Assembly: GCA_964653595.1 (NCBI GenBank)
Contig: CAZZHH010000011.1
Coordinates: 2,178-66,177 of the forward strand
DNA length: 64,000 bases
Direction: 5' to 3'
DNA from: an uncultured Lentimicrobiaceae bacterium
GTDB lineage: Bacteria; Bacteroidota; Bacteroidia; Bacteroidales; WCHB1-69
Under the pieces are notes generated by a model. The model searched no databases. It saw only the letters and a program-made list of their open reading frames with translations, and was not told the DNA's origin. The position numbers were made by a program, and so were the translations under genes. Of this stretch, positions 10,265 through 18,307 are shown piece by piece. The stretch's first letter is position 1, and every line of letters starts with the position of its first letter.

Positions 10265-10851
10265 GAAATATTTTAATAATATGCTTGGTTGCATTTTCAG
10301 AAATTGGTATTTCGCAAAAAGATACTATTTTATCGAGAATACTACCCATAAAATTCAATGCAACATTAGCACAAGGGTTCATGATATACAACAAAACTCA
10401 AAATGTATATCTAGATGCATCTGCGGAATATTACACTCAACAAAATGTAAGTATAGGTACAAATTTACTGAATTACATAGATTCTAGGGGCTCATCGCCA
10501 TCCTTAAAAAGCAGTCAAACATTTCTTATCGGGACATTCTATCATATCGTCAACCATTCCCACGATATATCTATAGGCATTCAACCTGGATTATCGTATT
10601 TGCTTCCTACTTACAATATCCCATTAGAAACTAATATTTCTCAAATTACAATTCCAACACATTATAAATCAAGAATAAATCCTGTGTTTTCCATCGGTGC
10701 GGGTTACTCGTACTCCTTTTCAAAATATTGCATTTTTTTCATCAACGGCAGATATTTAATCTCCCGATTTCGATGGAATAACTTAAAATTTGACGAAATA
10801 ATGATTATGGGAGGACTAGGATTTCAGATTCCTCAAATAAAAAAGAGATAA
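10258..10851 (+). CDS. Hypothetical outer-membrane beta-barrel-like protein
   Basis: Signal-peptide-like N-terminus, amphipathic strands, GGLGFQ near the C-terminus; overlaps the previous stop by 7 nt (operon). Confidence 0.65.
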   Translation: MVRNILIICLVAFSEIGISQKDTILSRILPIKFNATLAQGFMIYNKTQNVYLDASAEYYTQQNVSIGTNLLNYIDSRGSSPSLKSSQTFLIGTFYHIVNHSHDISIGIQPGLSYLLPTYNIPLETNISQITIPTHYKSRINPVFSIGAGYSYSFSKYCIFFINGRYLISRFRWNNLKFDEIMIMGGLGFQIPQIKKR

Positions 10852-10853
10852 CA

Positions 10854-12041
10854 CTAATAAATTGCTGTTGCTTTATCGTAGTTGAGGTAGGCTTTGTAGT
10901 GTTTTTTTGCATTCGAATAATCACCTATTTGATAATATGCATAAGTTAGCAACCTTTCATTTTCTTTTAACTCATTAACAGCTCCTAGAGGTAATAATAC
11001 TTCAATGCTATGCAAAAAATAGTTGATTGCTTTATGGTACTGATTTTGAAGACGTAAATTTTCGCCTATATAAGTTAATCCAATAGCGGTTTGCCTATGA
11101 TCATCAAACTCTTCTGCAATTTTTATCACCCCCGTATACATTTGATTAGACAAATCATATCGTTGTTGGGAACTATACACACTACCAATTACGCCCATGG
11201 TAACCATCATTCCAATTCGATCGTTTAATTGTTCCTTTACAAAAATCGAGTAGTTTAAATACTCCAATGCTTTATTATATTCACCCAAATTCGAATAAGA
11301 AAAACCAATATTATTATAGCAATTGCTCATAATCCGGAGGTTTTTAAATTGCTTAGCCATAAAAAGGGCAATGTTATGCAATTTAATGGAAAGCTCATGA
11401 TATCCTAAATCGCTAATTATTGAGCTTATGCTAACCATTGTTCCATTAAGTACTTTAAAATCATGAATTTTGTATAATACAGTGGCAGAGTTTAAAAAAT
11501 AGCCCAAGGCTTTTTTGGGGTATCCTTTATAATAATATACAATGCCAATGTTTTCGAGGGTTTGGGCAATTCCCAATTGGTCGTCTAACCAAATCTCTAA
11601 ATCCATATTCTGTTTGTAATAATACAAAGCACTATCAAATTTACTGGTAAGATTATAAGAGTATGCAATATTATTTAAGCAATCTGCAACCCCTCTGAGG
11701 TGGTTTTCCTTCTTGAAAACACTCATGGCCATTCGGTAATTAGCAATTGCTAAATCGATGTCGGATTGAAACATCAACAAGGTTGCTCTATTTTTTAAAG
11801 CAAATCCAACACCTTGATTGTAATTGCATTTTACGGCAAGAATATAAGCCTGATCCGTTAACAGTTTAGATTTCTCTGCATCTATTTGTTTTAACTCTTC
11901 TGCCACTTGAATCAACGAGTCAATTTTCATCTTTTCGTAAGCAGTTTGTCCTTGTATACAAGAAGAAATCAAGATAAAAAAAAGGACACAAAACAAAAAA
12001 CAAACTCTTTTTATACAAAAAACGGTTTTCAAAATCTTCAT
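10854..12041 (-). CDS. Tetratricopeptide repeat protein (sensor-type TPR array, no output domain)
   Basis: Repeated NNIA/ENIG/NNIG...A..Y TPR patterns after a hydrophobic leader. Confidence 0.8.
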   Translation of the reverse strand: MKILKTVFCIKRVCFLFCVLFFILISSCIQGQTAYEKMKIDSLIQVAEELKQIDAEKSKLLTDQAYILAVKCNYNQGVGFALKNRATLLMFQSDIDLAIANYRMAMSVFKKENHLRGVADCLNNIAYSYNLTSKFDSALYYYKQNMDLEIWLDDQLGIAQTLENIGIVYYYKGYPKKALGYFLNSATVLYKIHDFKVLNGTMVSISSIISDLGYHELSIKLHNIALFMAKQFKNLRIMSNCYNNIGFSYSNLGEYNKALEYLNYSIFVKEQLNDRIGMMVTMGVIGSVYSSQQRYDLSNQMYTGVIKIAEEFDDHRQTAIGLTYIGENLRLQNQYHKAINYFLHSIEVLLPLGAVNELKENERLLTYAYYQIGDYSNAKKHYKAYLNYDKATAIY

Positions 12042-12097
12042 ATATGCTTAAAATTAATACAGTAAATACCCGACATTAAAAATGATAGTAAAATAAT

Positions 12098-13027
12098 TTA
12101 TTGTGTTGTTAAATAAGGAATTAGCTTTTGATATAATTCGTCGTAAATAAGTGCAGCATCTCTTATTTGTGTGACGGATGTGTATCGTCCAATTTTTTTT
12201 CGATGTACCACAATAGATTTAGCCATATATAGATCTAGATATGGATGTTTTACCATATCCTTTACTTCTGCAGTGTTGATATTTAATAACTTAACTTTTG
12301 ATTTATCGAGTGTAAAATAGGTTCGAATTTTTGAGAATTTCAAACTATCAATTCCAAAGATCTCTTCTAGTTGATTTACATTATAAAAGCCGCCAAGTTT
12401 TTCTCGATGTTGAACGATGCGACGAGCTAATGCCATACCAATGCCTGGAATCTTTTGAAGTTCAAGAGAGTCGGCACTGTTGATTTCCATAACAGCTTGC
12501 GCAAATTTAATTTTTTTCACACTGCTTTTAGAGATTGTATCAACAGGGATAGTGATATATGGTTCCAATATAGCAAACTCCTCGGCAGAAATGGAATACA
12601 TCTTTTTTAAATCTTCCTTCGTTTTGAACTTGCCTCCTTTTGACTCAAAATTTTTAATTGATTTTATCTGTTTTTCTGTAAGTCCCATCTCTTTCCACAG
12701 CTCCACTGATAAATTATTAGGATTAAAGGGAAAAGGAGTTAACTCATTTTTCATGATCGATTTATCAACTTCAAAAAAGGATACCTCGTCGTACTTTTTA
12801 TTATTCCAACTTTTACGAGCCAATGCAATAGAGTCTTTTAAGAATTGTTGACGTATTTCAAAATTAGAAACTTTCTTTGCAAAAGTTGGGTCTGAATAAT
12901 CATCCTTTCGTGATACGTTGGAAAAAACAATATTTAGCATCATGATTAAAGTCAATATGATTAACAAAAAAACGACTCCTCTGAACTCAGATTTTCCAAA
13001 CTCAAAAAAATTCTTGAACTTATGCAT
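12098..13027 (-). CDS. Helix-hairpin-helix DNA-binding protein (ComEA-like)
   Basis: N-terminal TM; three HhH modules (FNPNN...MGLT, INSAD...IPGIG, INTAE...HPYL). Confidence 0.85.
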   Translation of the reverse strand: MHKFKNFFEFGKSEFRGVVFLLIILTLIMMLNIVFSNVSRKDDYSDPTFAKKVSNFEIRQQFLKDSIALARKSWNNKKYDEVSFFEVDKSIMKNELTPFPFNPNNLSVELWKEMGLTEKQIKSIKNFESKGGKFKTKEDLKKMYSISAEEFAILEPYITIPVDTISKSSVKKIKFAQAVMEINSADSLELQKIPGIGMALARRIVQHREKLGGFYNVNQLEEIFGIDSLKFSKIRTYFTLDKSKVKLLNINTAEVKDMVKHPYLDLYMAKSIVVHRKKIGRYTSVTQIRDAALIYDELYQKLIPYLTTQ

Positions 13028-13039
13028 CTTTTTAATCGT

Positions 13040-13144
13040 CTATTTGTTGGGTTTTGCAAACAGAACTTTAAAAAAGAAGTACAAAGTAAAAGCTGTAACA
13101 ACAACTTGTACGGTTATCATCCAATAAAGTGCTTCGTTATTCAT
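13040..13144 (-). CDS. 34-aa single-TM small protein, putative accessory subunit of the upstream NSS transporter
   Basis: Manual translation MNNEALYWMITVQVVVTAFTLYFFFKVLFAKPNK*; ATG lies 1 nt after the transporter stop; below the ORF-track cutoff. Confidence 0.75.
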   Translation of the reverse strand: MNNEALYWMITVQVVVTAFTLYFFFKVLFAKPNK

Positions 13145-13145
13145 A

Positions 13146-14981
13146 TTATATATTATTTGTAAGTTTTTTTGAATATTTTTTTGCAGCACCATACACTAAT
13201 ATACAGAACCCAATAAAGGTAAAAAGCAAAATCAACCGCGACATATCAATAAATAGAATGTTATTTACAATATTTCCATCATAAAGTGGGTCTCCTACTT
13301 TAAGAACATCACCCTCTTTTATCCTAAGCATGCAATTACTAGGAAACTCTATATTGGTTATCGTTTCGGTTCCATTCATATTTTTAGCAATCATGATAAA
13401 ATTGCGTTCATTTTTGGATTCGAGACCTTTATACACGCCTTCCATTTCGGAATAATAGGTGTTTGCAAAATAGGCACTATTTGGGCCAATATCTTTATGC
13501 ATGATTTTTCCAACCACCGATTCTTTATCCAACGACCACCCGGAGAGACTAATTTTAGTCCAGTCATTATCTTTGGGACTAATAAGTGCACCTACGAATA
13601 TTATTATCAATAAAATAGGAGTAATGAATTTGATAATATACTTATAACAGACGGGAATTTTTAATTCTGCGGCGTAGGTAATTTCTATCCATCCTTTTTT
13701 CATCCCAAAGAACCAGGCAAACAGAATAGTCTCAAGCATTGCAAAGGTAAAGAGAGCAACAGTACCTCCCCAATAATCATATTCGTCAAAAACCCCTTTT
13801 TGAAAAAACAATACGGTTGGCAAACCTAGGGCAAGTATTAGAAATCCAAAAGCTCTTGCTGCTTTTTTTCTAGACCATCCATATTCGTCTTGAAAAAAGC
13901 CCAAAACAGGAGTCCCCATGGCGAGAGAAGAGGTAATACCTGCAAAAAACAGCAAACCAAAAAAAGCGACACCAGCTATAACAGACATTACCTCACCCCA
14001 TTGTTGAAATAAAAATGGCATCGTTCTGAACCCTAATCCTAATCCACCCATTTTTACGAGTTCAGTAACTTTATCAACGCCCAAATAGCCAATAGCGATA
14101 GAAGTAATGATGGTTCCTCCCAATACAATCTCCACAAATTCATTCATAAATCCGGCTGACATAGAATTAAGCGCGATATCATCCTTTTTTTTCATATAAG
14201 ACGCATAACATTGAATCGTTCCCATGCCAACGGAAAGAGTAAAAAATATTTGACCAGCAGCTGCAAACCATACTTTGGGGTCGAGTAAGGAGCTATAATT
14301 GGGTGTCCACAAAAAACTCAAACCAACCCAACCATCGTTGATGGCATTGTTCTCGCCCTCTCTAATCATTACCCCTTTGATAGCCAAAAAAAGACCAAAT
14401 ATAATCAACAAAGGCATTCCAATTTTTACAGCTTTTTCAACGCCGTTGCTTAAGCCCTTACTCAGAATCCACACATTTAAGGTCAAACAAAGAATATAAA
14501 AAACAACTGCCTCGTATGGAATTCCGGATGTACTGTGAGCTACGTCTAAATAAGAGTCGAAAAAGGATGAAATCTCATGTTGGTTCATTCCTTTAAAAGT
14601 TCCAATTACAGAATGCCAAATATAAGATATTGTCCAGCTTTCTAAATAACAATAATAAGCAGCGATAGCTAGGTTTGAAAAAATTCCAAAAACGCCCACA
14701 TACTTCCACACCTTTTTCTTATCCATTTTATCTAAAATAAACGGAGTAGAATGATGTCCTAATGCACCGCCAAATCTTCCGGTAGACCATTCAATCAGCA
14801 ACAAAGGAATACCTAATAACAAAAAAGATACTAAATAGGGAATTATAAAAGCTCCACCTCCATTATTAATGGCCTGTACTGGGAAACGTAAGAAATTCCC
14901 AAAACCTACAGCATTGCCGGCCATAGCCAAAATTAATCCAATACGAGATCCCCATGATTCAGTTTGTAAGGTCTTATTCAT
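13146..14981 (-). CDS. Sodium-dependent transporter, neurotransmitter:sodium symporter (NSS/SNF) family
   Basis: WGSRIGLILAMAGNAVGFGNFLRFP, NGGGAFIIPY, AAAGQIFFTLSVG, FAGITSS; long insert before the last TM. Confidence 0.93.
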   Translation of the reverse strand: MNKTLQTESWGSRIGLILAMAGNAVGFGNFLRFPVQAINNGGGAFIIPYLVSFLLLGIPLLLIEWSTGRFGGALGHHSTPFILDKMDKKKVWKYVGVFGIFSNLAIAAYYCYLESWTISYIWHSVIGTFKGMNQHEISSFFDSYLDVAHSTSGIPYEAVVFYILCLTLNVWILSKGLSNGVEKAVKIGMPLLIIFGLFLAIKGVMIREGENNAINDGWVGLSFLWTPNYSSLLDPKVWFAAAGQIFFTLSVGMGTIQCYASYMKKKDDIALNSMSAGFMNEFVEIVLGGTIITSIAIGYLGVDKVTELVKMGGLGLGFRTMPFLFQQWGEVMSVIAGVAFFGLLFFAGITSSLAMGTPVLGFFQDEYGWSRKKAARAFGFLILALGLPTVLFFQKGVFDEYDYWGGTVALFTFAMLETILFAWFFGMKKGWIEITYAAELKIPVCYKYIIKFITPILLIIIFVGALISPKDNDWTKISLSGWSLDKESVVGKIMHKDIGPNSAYFANTYYSEMEGVYKGLESKNERNFIMIAKNMNGTETITNIEFPSNCMLRIKEGDVLKVGDPLYDGNIVNNILFIDMSRLILLFTFIGFCILVYGAAKKYSKKLTNNI

Positions 14982-15063
14982 AAGCGCATTCTTTTAATCA
15001 TGCTAAATTATGGATAATAAAAATGTTTACAAAATAATTTTTAATAAAACCTTTTCTCCTATT

Positions 15064-15657
15064 TCATAATAACCAGTTTTTTTTCTTACACAAAAGATAG
15101 AAAAAATAGGTAGCTATCATCCCAAAAATAGCTCCTGCCAACACATCTGTAAAATAATGAACACCACAATGAATTCTCGAATAACCAACCAAAAAAGCCC
15201 AAACAATGAAAAAAATATTTAAATAGCGATTTTTGAAAAGTAAATATATTGCAAATGCCAATGTTACAGCCGTCATAGTGTGGCCCGAGGGAAAAGAAGA
15301 GCTGCCTCCTACGGATATTTTTTCGACAAAATCAAGAACTGCAAACGGTCTAACACGATCAAATGTATTTTTTAACAAAAAAGATAAAAACCCATTAATT
15401 ATCAATACTATAAGCAAAAATAGACCTTTGTTTTTAACTGTTTTATCTTTTCGATACCATCCACAAATTAGGACGCTCAAAGGAATGATGAAATGAATAT
15501 ATTCTGCCGAAAAACTAGTGGCAATAAAAAAATCATCCAACGATTTTATTCTATTCCCATTAATTTGTCTAATAATCTCTACATCTAAATTTGCAGCATA
15601 TACAAAGATCAAACAACCTATCAATATGGATACAAAAATCACTCTCTTCATACACAT
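15064..15657 (-). CDS. PAP2 family phosphatase
   Basis: K...RVRP, SFPSGH and SRIHCGVHY motifs. Confidence 0.9.
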   Translation of the reverse strand: MCMKRVIFVSILIGCLIFVYAANLDVEIIRQINGNRIKSLDDFFIATSFSAEYIHFIIPLSVLICGWYRKDKTVKNKGLFLLIVLIINGFLSFLLKNTFDRVRPFAVLDFVEKISVGGSSSFPSGHTMTAVTLAFAIYLLFKNRYLNIFFIVWAFLVGYSRIHCGVHYFTDVLAGAIFGMIATYFFYLLCKKKNWLL

Positions 15658-15764
15658 TTTTTTTGCAAAGGTATTGAAATTAACTTTGTTTTATTGTTTT
15701 GGCCAATGGCTTTTTTTCACTAAGTTTGCATCCGTTAAAATAAACCAAACAAACTCGGTAAAAA

Positions 15765-16664
15765 GTGAATTCTAGAAAAAAAACACATAGTCCAGCCAGC
15801 AATCTACTCCTTCTGTTAACTGCCATTATATGGGGTTTTGCATTTGTTGCTCAGCAAATAGGGATGGATTATGTAGGTCCTTTTACCTATAATGCTGTAA
15901 GATTTGCGGTAGGCGCCATTTCTCTTTTTCCGTTAATCTATTTTTTAAAACGAAGAGAAAAAACAGATCATACATCGGTTGATGAAAAGAAGTATAGTTG
16001 GCAAAAAAAATATGGTGGTTTAATCCTGGGCATAGTCCTATTTACGGCTGCTTCAATGCAACAAGTTGGTTTACAATACACTACTGCCGGAAAATCAGGT
16101 TTTATCACCGGTTTGTATGTTGTGTTTGTGGCAATTTTAGGAGTGTTATTTCATCAAAAATCTTCCATCTATTTATGGATTGCTGTTGTTTTGTCCACCA
16201 TAGGCATGTATCTCTTGAGTGTAGCAGACATGGGAATACTCTCTTTGGGAGATATCATCACTTTTATTAGCGCGTTAGTTTGGGCTATTCATGTACTTCT
16301 AACTGGCTATTTGTCGCCAAAAATGAATTCAGTAGTTTTGGCCCAATACCAATTCGCGGTTTGTTCAGCACTTAGCTTTATCGTTGCATTTGCAATAGAA
16401 GATATTGTTTTCAGCAAAATAATGGAAGCCGCCATCCCAATATTGTATGGAGGATTGCTCTCTGTGGGGGTTGCTTACACCTTACAAGTAGTTGTTCAAA
16501 AACATGCTCATCCAACTTATTCTGCAATTATTCTAAGCTTAGAATCTCTATTTGCAGTTATTGGCGGATGGCTAATTTTGAATGAAGTACTAACCATGAA
16601 TGCAATGATAGGGTGCGGGTTGATGTTGGCAGGTATGATTGTAGCTCAATTTAAACAACACTAA
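15765..16664 (+). CDS. DMT/EamA family transporter
   Basis: About 10 TM; IWGFAFVAQ, QQVGLQYTTAGKSGFITG, SLESLFA; GTG start. Confidence 0.9.
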   Translation: MNSRKKTHSPASNLLLLLTAIIWGFAFVAQQIGMDYVGPFTYNAVRFAVGAISLFPLIYFLKRREKTDHTSVDEKKYSWQKKYGGLILGIVLFTAASMQQVGLQYTTAGKSGFITGLYVVFVAILGVLFHQKSSIYLWIAVVLSTIGMYLLSVADMGILSLGDIITFISALVWAIHVLLTGYLSPKMNSVVLAQYQFAVCSALSFIVAFAIEDIVFSKIMEAAIPILYGGLLSVGVAYTLQVVVQKHAHPTYSAIILSLESLFAVIGGWLILNEVLTMNAMIGCGLMLAGMIVAQFKQH

Positions 16665-16781
16665 CTTTTTTTCCCATAACTAAAAATGCAAACGCCCCTA
16701 ACGGAGCATTTGCAAAGTTTTCAAATATAAGATGTAATTTTACAAAATACATCAATTGGTCAATATACAATATTGGTTTTA

Positions 16782-17774
16782 TTAAGCTTTATTAAAACTA
16801 CCTAATACATTTTTTATTTTATGAATATAGAGTGATTTCAATTGTTCTCTAGCAGGACCTAAGAATTTTCTAGGATCAAATTCTGCTGGACTATCTACCA
16901 ATACTTTTCTAACAGCAGCAGTCATTGCTAATCTACCGTCGGAATCGATGTTTATTTTACAAACTGCAGAGGCAGCAGCTTTACGTAGTTGTTCTTCGGG
17001 AATACCTACCGCATTTTTGATATTTCCTCCATAAGTGTTGATTATATTTACTAAATCAACTGGAACAGAGGAAGCACCATGAAGAACAATTGGAAAACCA
17101 GGAAGGTGTTTTTCAATATCAGCTAAAATATCGAAGCGCAATGGAGGCGGAATAAGCACTCCATCTTCATTTTTTGTACACTGATCGGGTGTGAATTTGT
17201 TTGCACCATGCGAAGTTCCTATTGAAATTGCCAATGAATCTACCCCTGTTCGTCCTACAAAATCAATAACCTCTTCTGGTTTTGTATAATGTGAAACTTC
17301 GGAAGCGACATCATCTTCAACTCCAGCTAAAACACCTAATTCTCCTTCCACACTTACATTAAACGGATGAGCATATTCAACTACCTTTTTTGTCAAAGCA
17401 ATGTTCTCTTCGTAGGGTAAATGTGAACCATCTATCATTACAGAGGAGAATCCAGAATCGATGCACGACTTACATAATTCAAAAGAATCCCCATGATCTA
17501 AATGTAAAACAATAGGAATGTTACAACCTAGCTCTTTCGCATATTCCACCGCACCTTGGGCAAGGAATCGCAACATGGTTTGATTGGCATATTTTCTTGC
17601 ACCACTCGAAACTTGAATGATAACAGGAGATTTTGTTTCTACACACGCTTGAACAATAGCTTGTAGTTGCTCTAAATTATTAAAATTAAAAGCAGGGATA
17701 GCATATCCTCCACTGACGGCTTTCGCAAAAATCTCATTGGAATTGGATAGCCCTAATTCTTTATAATGAACCAT
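16782..17774 (-). CDS. fba: Fructose-bisphosphate aldolase class II
   Basis: LHLDHG, SVMIDGS, VEGELG, ISIGTSHG, VLHGAS, KINIDSD; TATCTTTG box at 17809-17816 on the minus strand. Confidence 0.95.
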   Translation of the reverse strand: MVHYKELGLSNSNEIFAKAVSGGYAIPAFNFNNLEQLQAIVQACVETKSPVIIQVSSGARKYANQTMLRFLAQGAVEYAKELGCNIPIVLHLDHGDSFELCKSCIDSGFSSVMIDGSHLPYEENIALTKKVVEYAHPFNVSVEGELGVLAGVEDDVASEVSHYTKPEEVIDFVGRTGVDSLAISIGTSHGANKFTPDQCTKNEDGVLIPPPLRFDILADIEKHLPGFPIVLHGASSVPVDLVNIINTYGGNIKNAVGIPEEQLRKAAASAVCKINIDSDGRLAMTAAVRKVLVDSPAEFDPRKFLGPAREQLKSLYIHKIKNVLGSFNKA

Positions 17775-17897
17775 AATCGTTTTGTTTTTAATATCCTTAA
17801 ATTTTGTTCAAAGATAAACAGTTTTTTTCAATCAATCGAACAATTAATAGAAATTCTTACTACTTTTGTTCCTATATCAAAATCAAATATAGAAGCA

Positions 17898-18266
17898 ATG
17901 ACATACGATCATCATATTGCCCAAGAGGATGAAGTGTTAATTTTAATGGATGCTGAAATATATGACAGAACTGTTTTTTATTCCATTTTCAATCCTTATA
18001 TAGAAAGTATCGATGCATTTGGTGGCACATTGATATTTGATGGATCTATATCCCAATCTATCCTTGGAGACTACCGACCTCGAACCACTTTATTTATTTT
18101 AAAGTGGAGTTCCTCGGAACTTTTTTTCAAATGGTGGAATTCGTCGCAAAATTTCAGAGCGAAGCAGAACTTTCAAGATTGTTCGGATTTAAAAGTCACT
18201 TTGGTGCGACAAAACAAAAAACAAACACTATTAAAAACAAATGATGGCATAAAAAAAGGCGTTTAA
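17898..18266 (+). CDS. DUF1330-like (dimeric alpha/beta barrel) protein
   Basis: FGGTLI...LGDYRPR..ILKWSS..FFKWWNS pattern resembles DUF1330. Start moved to ATG 17898 because the longer ORF overlaps the fba start and promoter. Confidence 0.6.
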   Translation: MTYDHHIAQEDEVLILMDAEIYDRTVFYSIFNPYIESIDAFGGTLIFDGSISQSILGDYRPRTTLFILKWSSSELFFKWWNSSQNFRAKQNFQDCSDLKVTLVRQNKKQTLLKTNDGIKKGV

Positions 18267-18288
18267 TAAACGCCTTTTTTTATGCCAT
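18244..18288. terminator. Bidirectional terminator (perfect 21-bp inverted repeat)
   Basis: ATGGCATAAAAAAAGGCGTTT-aat-AAACGCCTTTTTTTATGCCAT between convergent genes. Confidence 0.85.
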
Positions 18289-18307
18289 ATCAAATTTCAA
18301 TTTGGAA

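Noticed and set aside
16685-16716. Terminator between DMT and fba (TGCAAACGCCCC/GGAGCATTTGCA)
   Set aside because: The stem has several mismatches and no clear U-tract; too weak to call.
17766-17897. N-terminal extension of the DUF1330-like ORF overlapping the fba start
   Set aside because: It overlaps the divergent fba start codon and promoter; ATG 17898 is more plausible.
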